Below, one piece after another: positions 24,306-34,147 of a DNA stretch of 64,000 nucleotides (position 1 is its first letter; each line of letters starts with the position of its first letter). Position numbers and translations under genes: made by a program. The notes under the pieces are model-generated. The model was not told where the DNA came from and ran no database searches. It saw nothing but the letters and a program-made list of their open reading frames with translations. Source of the DNA: an uncultured cyanobacterium (GTDB lineage Bacteria > Cyanobacteriota > Cyanobacteriia > PCC-9006 > JAAUQQ01); NCBI GenBank assembly GCA_963718615.1, contig OY970368.1, positions 5,824,001 to 5,888,000 of the forward strand, written 5' to 3'.

Positions 24306-27300
24306 ATGGCTGGCTTCAGTGCCCATGAAGCATGGGCGATTTTGGAAACGCGATTACCGCCGGGCAGTTTGAATGCCATCAAGGAAATTGTTTTTGAGCA
24401 ATCCTGGGCAGGGCGGGGGTATGGGGCGATCGCCGAGACTGCCGGGTACGATGCTGACTACGTGCGGGAATCGGGCTCTAGCCTCTGGCGCAGCATTTCT
24501 GAATTGCTCGGGGAAAAAGTCACCAAACGCAACTTTCGGGCGTTGTTGCTCCAGCGGTTGCAGGAGGATTTGCTTGCGGGGGGGGCTGCGATCGCCCCTG
24601 CCCTTATCCCTGAAGTTGTGCCCGCTACATCTAACCTATCCAATAGCCTATCTGATTTGGGCCGCTGCGACTGGGGGGAAGCCCCGGATGTAACGACGTT
24701 TTATGGGCGGGAGGCGGAGCTGGCTGAGTTGCGGCAGGCGATCGCCCGTAAACCTGAAATGCCTTGCCGTTTGGTAGCGGTGTTGGGTCTAGGGGGCATG
24801 GGCAAAACCCATCTGGTGACCCAGGCTGCCCAGCGGTTTCAGGGGGAGTTTGATCGGGTGGTGTGGCGATCGCTGCGCAATGCCCCCTTCCTGACGACCT
24901 TGGTCCACGATTTGCTAGCGATCCTCTCGGATCAGCAGGTGGTGGAAGGACGGGTGACAACCTTGTTGAACTATCTGCGACGGTTGCGCTGCCTGGTCAT
25001 TTTGGACAATGTGGAGACGGTTCTCGAGCCCGGAACCACAGGGGTGTATCGCAGCGGCTACGAAGACTACGGCAATTTATTGCGCACCTGGGGCGAGGTG
25101 GCCCACCGCAGTTGTTTGCTCCTCACCAGTCGGGAGAAACCGCCGGAAGTAGCGCTGCTGGAGGGGGAAGACTTGCCGGTGAAGGTGATGATCCTGCGCG
25201 GAGCCCCAGGAATCGCCCAGGCGCTGATCCGGGATCGGGGGCTGCAAGGAACGGAGGTGGAGCAGCAGGCGTTGGCGCGGCGCTGTGGGGATAGCCCCTT
25301 GGCGATCAAGCTGGTGGCGACGTCGATTCGAGATTTATTTGGAGGCGAAATTGCCCCGTTCCTCGCGGAGGGGTTGCCGTCCTTTGAGGGGCTTCGGCGG
25401 CTGATTGCCCAGCAGATGGAGCGGCTTTCCCCCCTAGAGCACCGGATTTTGACCTGGTTGGCGATTAATCGTCAGGCGACAAGCTTGGCGGAACTGGATC
25501 GGGATTTGGTGCCGAAGGTTCCTAAACATGAAATCTTTGCCAGTTTGGAAGCGTTGACTTGGCGATCGCTCGTCGAAATCCAGGCCGGTCAATACAGCCT
25601 ACAGCCGGTGCTCATGGACTATCTCACCGCCGAACTCATCGACCAAGTCTGTCGAGAGCTGGCCCAGGCGGACCTGAGCGATTGGTTGGGGCAGAGCTGC
25701 AAAGCCTTTGAATTTGATGCACCGTTGCCCTATCTCTATACCCATGTGTTGGTCAAAGCCGCTGCTCCCGAGCATATTCGCCAGAGCCAGCGCCAGCTGA
25801 TTGTTCAGCCCACGGTGCAGCGGTTGCGCCAGGTCTTGCGGCTGCCGGCCCAGCAGCGGCTGCGGCTTCAGGCGTTGCTCAAGCTGCTGAAAGGACGTGG
25901 GATTGCGGCGTCGGGGTATGTGGCGGGCAATTTGCTGACGTTGGCGATTCATCTGGACCTGGATTTGGCGGGGTTGGACTGTTCGCGGCTGACGTTTCGC
26001 CAGATGGATTTGCGTCGAGCCCCCTTGCAGCGGGTGAATTTTTCGGGGTCGGAATTTTGGGAATGTGTGTTTACCCAGGGCTTTGGCAGTATTTTTAGCG
26101 TCGATCATTGTCCTGTGGGCGATCGCGTCGCCAGCGGCGATAGCCAAGGCCAAATCCAGCTTTGGGACGGCCAGGGACAATTGCTCCATACCTATGGGGG
26201 GCATCGGGGTCGAATCCATAGTCTGACCTTTAGTCCCGATGGACAACTGTTGGCCACCGGGGGAGATGATGGCCAAATTCGCATTTGGAATGTCGACAAT
26301 CAGACGCTGGAAGCCGCTTGGGAGGGACATCAACGGTTTGTTTGGTCCTTGGCTTGGAGCCCGGATGGAACCTTGCTGGCCAGTGGAGGGGGCGATCGCC
26401 GGGTGCGATTGTGGGATACGGAAACGGGCGACTGTCTCAAGGTGATTGAAAGTGCCAGCAGTTGGATTCAGGCGGTGGCATTTCATCCCGAGGGTACGCT
26501 CCTCGCCACGGGCAGCGACGACTGTGCCGTCCGGCTTTGGGATATTCCCAGTGGCCAATACCTAGGAGCGCTCCTGGGTCATGACCGTTGGGTTTGTACG
26601 GTGGCCTTTAGTCCTGACGGGACCCACCTCGCCAGCGGTAGCCATGACCGCACAGTGCGCATCTGGGATGTGGATACGGGCTCCTGTTTGCAAGTGCTCA
26701 AGGGCCACACGGGACTGGTCCGAACAGTCCTGTTTAGTCCAGAAGGCTCCCGGCTGGCGAGCACCAGCAGCGACCAGTCCATCCGTCTCTGGGATGCCAC
26801 CACCTTTCAATGTCTGCGGACGCTGACCGAGCACATTGGCTGGGTTCAGGATGTGGCCTTTAGCCCCAATGGCCAAACCCTCGTCAGCGGCGGCCATGAC
26901 CAAACCCTACGCCGCTGGGACTTGACCACCGGAGCCTGTCTGGATATTCAAGTGGGCTATGTGCGCAGCGTTCGCACGGTGGATTGGCAGGCGGAGGGGC
27001 GGCGGCTGGCCACCTGTAGCAGTGATCATGCGGTTCGACTCTGGTCGGCACCGGCTGACGCGGCGAAGCTCCAGGACGGGACAATTCCAGCGCTGGTCAA
27101 TGATGTGACGCTGGTCGACGCAGACCAAAGTGGATTTTGGATTGCCCTTTGGAGTCCGGGTGGCAATTATTTAGCGACGGGAAGCAAAGACCATCGCCTG
27201 CGGCTTTGGGATAGCCACAGCGGTCGGTTGCTCCAACGGCTTGAGGGCCATAGCTGTTGGGTTTGTGCGTTGCGGTTTAGCCCCGATGGGACTCGGCTGG

Positions 27301-28040
27301 TGAGTGGCAGTTCGGATAGGACCTTGCGCATTTGGGAGGTGGCAACGGGCCAATGTTTGCAGGTGTTGACGGGCCATAGCAGTCGGATTTGTTCGGTGGC
27401 GTTTAGTCCCGATGGGCGATCGCTCGTCAGTGGCGGGGCCGACTACAGCATTCGCCTATGGGATGGCCAAACGGGGGACTATCAACGACCGTTCCAAGGC
27501 CATCAAGACCTGGTGACAGCGGTTCGGATTAGTCCGGATAATCGGTTGTTGGCCAGCGGTAGTTTAGATGGCACCCTGAAGCTGTGGGATTTGGCGACGG
27601 GGACTTGCTTGACAACGCTGGAGGGCTATCATCGCGGCATTACCGGTTTGGCTTGGAATCCCCAGGGGGCAGCGGCAGGGGCAATCCAGCTCTGTACCTG
27701 TGGCACCGAGGGGCAGGTGTTGGGCTGGGCGGTCAGTGACTTGCTCCAAGGCGAAACGAGGCCGATCCAGCAGCCCTTGGCCCAGCAGAATCGCGTCATC
27801 TGGGACATTGCCTTTCGCTGCGATGGGCAGGTCTTGGCAGGGGCCTGTGATGATGGGACGACGCTACTCTGGGCCTGTTCGCCGTCGGCCACGGGCTCTG
27901 CGCAGCCGGTGCAATTGTTGATTCCGGAAGGTCCCTATGAGCAGATGCAAATTGCCCATGTGCAGGGGTTAACCGAGGCCCAGCGGCAGACGCTTGAACG
28001 GTTGGGGGCGACGAGTGAGCCGTCGGGAGGGCAAGGATGA
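24306..28040 (+). CDS. STAND protein: N-terminal HTH-like region, NB-ARC ATPase, pentapeptide-like linker and WD40 repeats
   Basis: DWGEAPDV..FYGR, Walker A GLGGMGKT, Walker B LVILDNVE, LLTSRE, more than 10 GH...WD repeats. Confidence 0.92.
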   Translation: MAGFSAHEAWAILETRLPPGSLNAIKEIVFEQSWAGRGYGAIAETAGYDADYVRESGSSLWRSISELLGEKVTKRNFRALLLQRLQEDLLAGGAAIAPALIPEVVPATSNLSNSLSDLGRCDWGEAPDVTTFYGREAELAELRQAIARKPEMPCRLVAVLGLGGMGKTHLVTQAAQRFQGEFDRVVWRSLRNAPFLTTLVHDLLAILSDQQVVEGRVTTLLNYLRRLRCLVILDNVETVLEPGTTGVYRSGYEDYGNLLRTWGEVAHRSCLLLTSREKPPEVALLEGEDLPVKVMILRGAPGIAQALIRDRGLQGTEVEQQALARRCGDSPLAIKLVATSIRDLFGGEIAPFLAEGLPSFEGLRRLIAQQMERLSPLEHRILTWLAINRQATSLAELDRDLVPKVPKHEIFASLEALTWRSLVEIQAGQYSLQPVLMDYLTAELIDQVCRELAQADLSDWLGQSCKAFEFDAPLPYLYTHVLVKAAAPEHIRQSQRQLIVQPTVQRLRQVLRLPAQQRLRLQALLKLLKGRGIAASGYVAGNLLTLAIHLDLDLAGLDCSRLTFRQMDLRRAPLQRVNFSGSEFWECVFTQGFGSIFSVDHCPVGDRVASGDSQGQIQLWDGQGQLLHTYGGHRGRIHSLTFSPDGQLLATGGDDGQIRIWNVDNQTLEAAWEGHQRFVWSLAWSPDGTLLASGGGDRRVRLWDTETGDCLKVIESASSWIQAVAFHPEGTLLATGSDDCAVRLWDIPSGQYLGALLGHDRWVCTVAFSPDGTHLASGSHDRTVRIWDVDTGSCLQVLKGHTGLVRTVLFSPEGSRLASTSSDQSIRLWDATTFQCLRTLTEHIGWVQDVAFSPNGQTLVSGGHDQTLRRWDLTTGACLDIQVGYVRSVRTVDWQAEGRRLATCSSDHAVRLWSAPADAAKLQDGTIPALVNDVTLVDADQSGFWIALWSPGGNYLATGSKDHRLRLWDSHSGRLLQRLEGHSCWVCALRFSPDGTRLVSGSSDRTLRIWEVATGQCLQVLTGHSSRICSVAFSPDGRSLVSGGADYSIRLWDGQTGDYQRPFQGHQDLVTAVRISPDNRLLASGSLDGTLKLWDLATGTCLTTLEGYHRGITGLAWNPQGAAAGAIQLCTCGTEGQVLGWAVSDLLQGETRPIQQPLAQQNRVIWDIAFRCDGQVLAGACDDGTTLLWACSPSATGSAQPVQLLIPEGPYEQMQIAHVQGLTEAQRQTLERLGATSEPSGGQG

Positions 28041-30268
28041 GCAGCGGGGCACCCTTAGAACCACAGTCTTCTCTCTCGGGAAAAGAGCGATCGCTTCCCC
28101 TCCGCCTAGTCCTGACCCTGCCATTTTTGTTGCAAATTGCCCTGGTCATCGGCCTGGTCAGCTATCTCTCCTTGCGCAACGGTCAACGCTCCATCGCTCA
28201 GGTGGTCCAACAAATCCAGCGGGAAACCAGCTACAGCGCCTCCCACCGGATTCAGCAATATCTAAGCACCGCTGAGCGAGTTAATCGGTTTAATGCGGAG
28301 GCGATCGCCTCCCAGTCCATCGATCCCCAGAACTACGAGGTCCTCACCCAGCTCTTTTGGTCCCAGCGCTTTTTGTTTGCCCTGGAGCCGCCGGGGGGGA
28401 TTTATTTTGGCACCGAACAGGGTGAATTGCAGGGGGTGGTGCTCAAGACTCAACCCTACCCCCGCTGGGAGCTGACCCGTGCCGGAGCGCTCACCCAAGG
28501 CCGCTATTGGGTCTACCGAGCCACGCCCGAGGGGTTGCCAGGGGAGCGGGTCGAAGACTTCCGGCTCTATGATCCGCGCCAGCGCCCCTGGTATCAGCAG
28601 GCCATCGCCCAAGGCGGCCCCATTTGGACCGATCTCTATGTCGATTTCACTGAACTCAAACTGGCGATCACGGCAGCGGAACCGGTTTACAACGCCCAAA
28701 ACCAGCTCCAAGGAGTAGTCGGAACGGATATTGTGCTGGATCGGCTGCAAACGATTTTGCAAAGTGTGACCTCTAGCCCCGCCGCTGTCAGTTATGTGAT
28801 CGATGCCTCGGGGTTATTGATTGCTAGCTCCACCGGACCCGCTCCGCTCAAGGTCTTATCTCGGATTAATCCCACGGATCCCGAGCCCGAAATCCAGCGG
28901 CTGGCCGCCGTCAATCATCCCAATCCGCTGATTCGCAGCAGTGGTCAAATTTTGAGCCAGGAGGGGGGGCAAGCCAGGGGGCTAGTGACTAGTGGATTAG
29001 GTGAGCGATCGCTCACCTACAAAAGTCCCAACGGTCGCGCTTTCTTGAACGTCACGCCTCTGAGGGCCAAGTCTCAGATTGATTGGCAACTCGTGACGGT
29101 CATCCCAGAACGTGACTTCGCGGCTCAAATCCGGGCCAGTCAGCACCAAACCCTCGGCATTTCCGCTTTAGCCCTTCTCCTCACTCTCGCCCTGGGGGGC
29201 TGGCTCAACCGCAGCTTGGCCAAGCCCATCCTGGGGCTACGGGATGCGGCCCAAGCCGCCACCCAGCAGACCTGGAGCCTAGCCCTCTCGTTGCCGCCCA
29301 GTTTTTTCCAGGAGATGACCGATTTAGGCTATGCCTTCCGGGTGATGACGCTGCGGCTCCAGGAGGCCTTTGCCCGTCTCGAAGACCGGGTGGCGGAACG
29401 CAAACAGCAGCTCTCCGAAAAAATTGACACCCTCCAGACCCTCCAATCCCAGCTGATCGAAATGGAAAAAATGGCTGCCTTAGGAGAGCTCGTGGGCGGC
29501 ATTGCCCAGGCCATGGGCCGTCCGTTGCAGGCTGCTGAGGCGATCGCCCAAGACATCGACCAGCAGCTCCAAACCCTCCAAACCCAAACTTTTCTGTCCC
29601 AAACCTCCCCCACCCTGGCGCTCCAGGCGATCGCCCAGACGCTGCCCCCCTTGCTCGCCGCCAATCGCCTCCTCCAGCAAGAACTGGAACAGACCGGCGA
29701 TCTGGTCACCAGTTTTAAACAAGTCGCCGTTGATCAATCCAGTGAAACCTGTCGCCCGTTTCGTCTTATTCCTTATCTCAAACAGGTTGAAGATAGCGTG
29801 ATGCCTCGCTTCCAGGCTATGGGCTTAAGGTACCGGCTCCAGAGCAGCGTGGGCGAGGACCTAGTGCTTCATAGCTATCCCGGTGCGATCGCCCAAGTCC
29901 TGACCCAACTGATCGAAAACGCCCTTTGGCATGGCTATGGGATTTCTCCCTTTCCCCATTCCCCCTTGCCGATCTCTGCCGAGGCCGGTCCGGTCCTGGA
30001 GTCACCCACCCTTGATCTTGAAATTTGGACCGATTGCGATCGCGTGATTCTCTGTTTAAGCGATCGGGGCCAGGGCATTGCGCCAGAACACCTCGATCAA
30101 ATTTTTAAGCCCTTTTTCACCACTGGTCGCGACCTCGGGTTCAAAGGTTTAGGGCTCGCGGTGGTTTCAAACCTGGTGATCCAAACCCTGCAAGGCACGA
30201 TTGATTGCCGCAGTAAACTGGGCGAAGGGACGTCGTTTGTGTTGAATTTACCGCGAGATTTACCGTGA
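28037..30268 (+). CDS. Cache-domain histidine kinase-like protein lacking the phospho-acceptor His
   Basis: TM-dCache (YDPRQRPWY)-TM-HAMP-like region; H-box reads GGIAQAMGRPL; HATPase N/G1/F/G2 boxes present. Confidence 0.85.
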   Translation: MSSGAPLEPQSSLSGKERSLPLRLVLTLPFLLQIALVIGLVSYLSLRNGQRSIAQVVQQIQRETSYSASHRIQQYLSTAERVNRFNAEAIASQSIDPQNYEVLTQLFWSQRFLFALEPPGGIYFGTEQGELQGVVLKTQPYPRWELTRAGALTQGRYWVYRATPEGLPGERVEDFRLYDPRQRPWYQQAIAQGGPIWTDLYVDFTELKLAITAAEPVYNAQNQLQGVVGTDIVLDRLQTILQSVTSSPAAVSYVIDASGLLIASSTGPAPLKVLSRINPTDPEPEIQRLAAVNHPNPLIRSSGQILSQEGGQARGLVTSGLGERSLTYKSPNGRAFLNVTPLRAKSQIDWQLVTVIPERDFAAQIRASQHQTLGISALALLLTLALGGWLNRSLAKPILGLRDAAQAATQQTWSLALSLPPSFFQEMTDLGYAFRVMTLRLQEAFARLEDRVAERKQQLSEKIDTLQTLQSQLIEMEKMAALGELVGGIAQAMGRPLQAAEAIAQDIDQQLQTLQTQTFLSQTSPTLALQAIAQTLPPLLAANRLLQQELEQTGDLVTSFKQVAVDQSSETCRPFRLIPYLKQVEDSVMPRFQAMGLRYRLQSSVGEDLVLHSYPGAIAQVLTQLIENALWHGYGISPFPHSPLPISAEAGPVLESPTLDLEIWTDCDRVILCLSDRGQGIAPEHLDQIFKPFFTTGRDLGFKGLGLAVVSNLVIQTLQGTIDCRSKLGEGTSFVLNLPRDLP

Positions 30269-30293
30269 GATTTATCGCGAGATTTATCGCGAG
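30243..30293. repeat. 12-bp tandem repeats across the stop codon of the pseudokinase
   Basis: tgaatttaccgc / gagatttaccgt / gagatttatcgc / gagatttatcgc. Confidence 0.75.
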
Positions 30294-30317
30294 TCGTGGA
30301 GCCGGAGCGTTAATCCC

Positions 30318-32510
30318 ATGGCTATAGCCCCCCGCACTGGACAGTGGCCCTTGCGACAGTGGCCCTTGAAACAGTGGCCCTTGCGACAGTGGCCCTTGCG
30401 ATCGCTCCTCACCTGGCCGTTCTTATCAGAAATTGTGCTGGTCGTGGGCCTAATGGGTGGCGTTGCGTTTTACCACGGCGAGCGCACGGTTTATCGGTTG
30501 GCCCAGAGGCTAGAGCATCAAGTCAGTCGCAACCTGGAAACACGAATTCTCAGCTATTTTGAGGTTCCCCGTGCGCTCAACGCGATCAATGCCCATCTGC
30601 TAGCGCAAAACCGACTGTTGCCCGAATCGGCAGAGCGTCTGCTCACCCCTGCTGAAGTCGATCGCATTACTCAATTATTTTGGCGGGATAAGAGTCTCCA
30701 CGGGGAGCTCACGGCCTCTGCCCTATATCTGGGTCGTCCGACGGGGGAATTTGTGGGTCTGGGCTTGCAAAGCGGTGGCACTTGGCAAATTGGGCGCGTG
30801 GGGCCGGACACCGGGGGAAAATTTCACAGCTATGGGGTCGATGACCAGGGCCTAGCGACGGACCTCCTGGCGGTGGGCAAAGCTTACGATCCTCGACAAC
30901 GACCTTGGTATGAAATGGCGGTGCGGTCTCAAGCCCAAGCCCAGCCCCAGTGGCTCGATCTCTATGTCGATTTCAAAGAGCAGCGGCTGAAAACAACCCT
31001 CGCCCAAGCGCTCTATGATCCCCAAACCGGTGAACTCCAGGGCGTTGTAGGTGCCGATCTTGTCCTCGACCATATCACTCGGTTCCTCCAGGATCTGACG
31101 GTCAGCCCCTCGGGCAGATTGTTTGTGCTGGAGACTTCAGGGTTAATCGTGGCAACCTCTGAGACTAATGCGCCCCTGCTCCAGGAAAGTCGTCAGGGGG
31201 TTGAGCGAATTGCAGCAATTAATACCTCCGATGAACTGATTCGTCAGGCGGCCCTTGCCTTGGTTCCCACCTTTGGCCCCTTGGCCAGGATTCAAGCGAA
31301 TTGGTCTGTGGTTCGCCTTGACGGTGAACCGGTTTTTTTGCAGGTGCACCCCCTGCACAATGATCTGGGGCTCAACTGGTTGATTGTCGTCGCGATTCCT
31401 GAACGGGACTTTATGGGACCCATCCGCGACAATACCCGCAAAACCCTCTTGCTTTGCGCCCTAGCTATGCTGCTGGCCATTGGCATTAGCACGCTCACCG
31501 CCCGCTGGGTTGCCCAACCCATTGCCCAGCTCAATCAGTCTTCCCAGGCGATCGCCCGAGGCCAGTGGCAAGCCACCCTCCCCCCTGAAACCACCCACAG
31601 CACCGAGGTGAACCAGCTCAATCGCGCCTTTGCCACCATGGCCCATCAGCTCCAAGCCTCCTATACCGGCCTGGAACAGGAAGTCGCCCAGCGCACGGCC
31701 ACCCTGACTCAAACCCTCAAAACCCTTCAGCAGACCCAGCAGCAGCTCATCGAAGCCGAAAAAATGGCAGGCTTGGGCAGCTTGGTGGCCGGGGTGGCCC
31801 ATGAAATCAATACCCCCGTGGGGAATAGCCTGATGGCCGCGTCGATTTTCACCGCCGAAACCGAATCACTCCTCTTAGAACTCACCCCCCATCGTCCGGT
31901 GGATGCCGCGCTCAAACAGCTCCTGGTTGATTACTTTGACATGGCCCTGGAAAGTAGCTGCCTGACCCTGGATAATCTGCACCGGGCTCATCGGTTGCTC
32001 CAGACCTTTGAACAGGTCGCGCCCTATGCCGCATCGCTGGAGTCGCCGCGATCGCTTCCCCTCCTCTCCACCCTCCGCCAAGTGGCCAAAAGCCTGGAGC
32101 CTCGATTACAAGACCGAGGGCACCGTCTAGAGATTGACGGGGATAACGCCATAGAAATCTGTAGCCATGGAGGGGCGATCGCCCAAGTCTTGAGCAACCT
32201 CATCCTCAACTCCCTACAGCACGCCTATCCAGCGGGACAATCTGGACAGATCACTGTCTCCGTGGAGTCTCTACCGGAGGCGTTACAAATTCGTTACGCG
32301 GATGATGGCCAAGGCATTGCTCCCGAACATTTGGGGCGGATTTTTGAACCGTTTTTTACGACAGCGCGATCGCAAGGCGGCAGCGGCCTAGGATTATCGA
32401 TTGTTTATAATCTGGTTACTCAAACCCTCCAAGGCACCCTTCGCTGTGACAGTACAGTTGGAGAGGGAACCACCTTCTGGATCACCCTGCCTATCCGTTT
32501 GGTCCACTGA
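30318..32510 (+). CDS. Cache/HAMP sensor histidine kinase
   Basis: YDPRQRPWY, HAMP, AGVAHEINTP H-box, NLILNSLQHA, DDGQGI, GGSGLGL. Confidence 0.93.
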   Translation: MAIAPRTGQWPLRQWPLKQWPLRQWPLRSLLTWPFLSEIVLVVGLMGGVAFYHGERTVYRLAQRLEHQVSRNLETRILSYFEVPRALNAINAHLLAQNRLLPESAERLLTPAEVDRITQLFWRDKSLHGELTASALYLGRPTGEFVGLGLQSGGTWQIGRVGPDTGGKFHSYGVDDQGLATDLLAVGKAYDPRQRPWYEMAVRSQAQAQPQWLDLYVDFKEQRLKTTLAQALYDPQTGELQGVVGADLVLDHITRFLQDLTVSPSGRLFVLETSGLIVATSETNAPLLQESRQGVERIAAINTSDELIRQAALALVPTFGPLARIQANWSVVRLDGEPVFLQVHPLHNDLGLNWLIVVAIPERDFMGPIRDNTRKTLLLCALAMLLAIGISTLTARWVAQPIAQLNQSSQAIARGQWQATLPPETTHSTEVNQLNRAFATMAHQLQASYTGLEQEVAQRTATLTQTLKTLQQTQQQLIEAEKMAGLGSLVAGVAHEINTPVGNSLMAASIFTAETESLLLELTPHRPVDAALKQLLVDYFDMALESSCLTLDNLHRAHRLLQTFEQVAPYAASLESPRSLPLLSTLRQVAKSLEPRLQDRGHRLEIDGDNAIEICSHGGAIAQVLSNLILNSLQHAYPAGQSGQITVSVESLPEALQIRYADDGQGIAPEHLGRIFEPFFTTARSQGGSGLGLSIVYNLVTQTLQGTLRCDSTVGEGTTFWITLPIRLVH
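30341..30400 (+). repeat. Four in-frame 15-bp tandem repeats encoding QWPL(R/K)
   Basis: acagtggcccttgcg x3 plus acagtggcccttgaa. Confidence 0.9.
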
Positions 32511-32520
32511 CCCTCTGTTT

Positions 32521-33060
32521 ATGCTCCCTTCCCCAATGCTCTCCATGCATTCCGACCTTTGGCCCGAGCCTGCTTTGGGTTCCCAACCCCAAAATCCCGA
32601 CAGCCTTGGTGCCGATTCCGGCGAGGCTGCGCCGCCCTGGAAAGTCATGTTGGTGGATGATGATTTGCAAGTGCATCAAGTGACTAAGCTAGCCCTGCGG
32701 CGCTTTCAGTTTGAAGGCCGACGGCTTTCGTTTCTGTCTGCCTATTCCGGTCAAGAAGCCATTGAGTTGCTCACCTCCCATCCGGATACGGCCCTGATTT
32801 TGCTCGACATTGTGATGGAAACCAACGACGCTGGTTTACAGGTCATTGAGAAGATTCGCCAAGAAATTAAAAATCTCAAGATTCAGATTGTGGTTCGTAC
32901 CGGACAACCTGGAGAAGCACCGGAAGAGTCTGTCGTCTTAAATTACGAAATCAATGACTACCGCACTAAACTGGAATTAACCCAGCAAAAACTCTTCACC
33001 ACCGTGATTACTAGTCTACGCGCCTACCGAACCCTGCAAGGACTCTGGGTCAACACCTGA
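32521..33060 (+). CDS. Stand-alone response regulator receiver
   Basis: VMLVDDD, LILLDIVME (phospho-Asp), RTGQPG; no output domain. Confidence 0.9.
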   Translation: MLPSPMLSMHSDLWPEPALGSQPQNPDSLGADSGEAAPPWKVMLVDDDLQVHQVTKLALRRFQFEGRRLSFLSAYSGQEAIELLTSHPDTALILLDIVMETNDAGLQVIEKIRQEIKNLKIQIVVRTGQPGEAPEESVVLNYEINDYRTKLELTQQKLFTTVITSLRAYRTLQGLWVNT

Positions 33061-33512
33061 ATTTCTAACGACAAGGCGTTGCTGAAGCTACAAAATGATG
33101 TTAATTTTGGTTTCAGATACGTCAATGGAATCTATTCGGGTTAGCCAGGTGACTTGCAAGGCTTCAATTCTGGGTGCTAAAAGCTACTCAAGTGAAGTCT
33201 GCATAAAGAGAAACAAAGGGCTAGCAGGATGAACAAGCCACGTGTTAACCTGAGCGATGGCTTGTGAGCCATGTTGACTCATCGATAAGATACGATTTAG
33301 GTTTTACAAACATTGCTTTTCAAAGTGAGCGATAAAAAACTGGCAGGCGCTCAGTTGGATGAAGTGCAAGAATCCTTTCAGCTTAATCGAGGATTTAGGA
33401 CAGGTAGACCCAGCCACGGGTGGTTTGGTCTGTCTCTTTCCGCAAGGTTCCGTGCAAAACGGAACATGTTTGTAATCGATTTTGAGTAAATTCCAAATCC
33501 ATACCGGGAGGA

Positions 33513-34022
33513 TTGTCCGTGTCTATACGTCTTTATGTCGGCAATTTGCCAAAAGAGCTAGAGCGCCAAGAGTTAGAGGCCGTTTTTGCGGAAGCGGGGG
33601 ATTCAGTTTCCACGAAGCTGGTCACCGATCGCAAAACTGGCAAATGTCGCGGCTTTGGGTTCGTAACGGTCCCCACCGATGAAGAGGCAGATGCCATCAT
33701 CGAAAAGTTTAATGGCTACATGCTCAAGGATAGCGAGCTCAAAATTGAGAAGGCTTTACCCCGTGCTAAGGGTAAGGGCGAGGGCAATGAAGGGGGCAGC
33801 AGCAACAGCGGTGGTAGTGGTGGCAGTGGTGGCAGTGGTGGCGGCGGTGGCGGCGGTGGCGGTGCCCGTCGTCGTTCCGGTGGCGCTGGCAACAGCAACA
33901 ATAAAGGCTCTCGTGGGGCTCGTGTCATTTCCTCCGGTGGACCCGAAGGATTTCAGCCTGATCCGCGTTGGGCAGGTGATCTAGCTAAGCTCAAGGAAAT
34001 GTTAGCTGCGCAGAATTCCTAA
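33513..34022 (+). CDS. RRM RNA-binding protein with a Gly-rich tract
   Basis: RNP2 LYVGNL, RNP1 RGFGFV, C-terminal QPDPRWA motif. Start may be GTG 33519. Confidence 0.93.
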   Translation: MSVSIRLYVGNLPKELERQELEAVFAEAGDSVSTKLVTDRKTGKCRGFGFVTVPTDEEADAIIEKFNGYMLKDSELKIEKALPRAKGKGEGNEGGSSNSGGSGGSGGSGGGGGGGGGARRRSGGAGNSNNKGSRGARVISSGGPEGFQPDPRWAGDLAKLKEMLAAQNS

Positions 34023-34059
34023 AGAATTGCCTGACATTATCCCTGAAATCATCAAACAG

Positions 34060-34091
34060 AAGCCTCCATGCAATCCGATGGAGGCTTTTTT
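34060..34091 (+). terminator. Intrinsic terminator after the RRM gene
   Basis: AAGCCTCCAT-loop-ATGGAGGCTT followed by Ts. Confidence 0.8.
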
Positions 34092-34147
34092 ATCAGGGCT
34101 TTGCAAGCGCTAGGCAAGGGCGGAGAGCCTTAACCTTCTAGGCCTCT

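Noticed and set aside
33060-33512. Structured ncRNA in the long leader of the RRM gene
   Set aside because: Only a weak hairpin near 33400-33435; no recognisable family without a covariance search.
33795-33900. GGC/GGT trinucleotide repeats as a contingency locus
   Set aside because: They encode the Gly-rich tract usual in cyanobacterial RRM proteins, with mixed codons.
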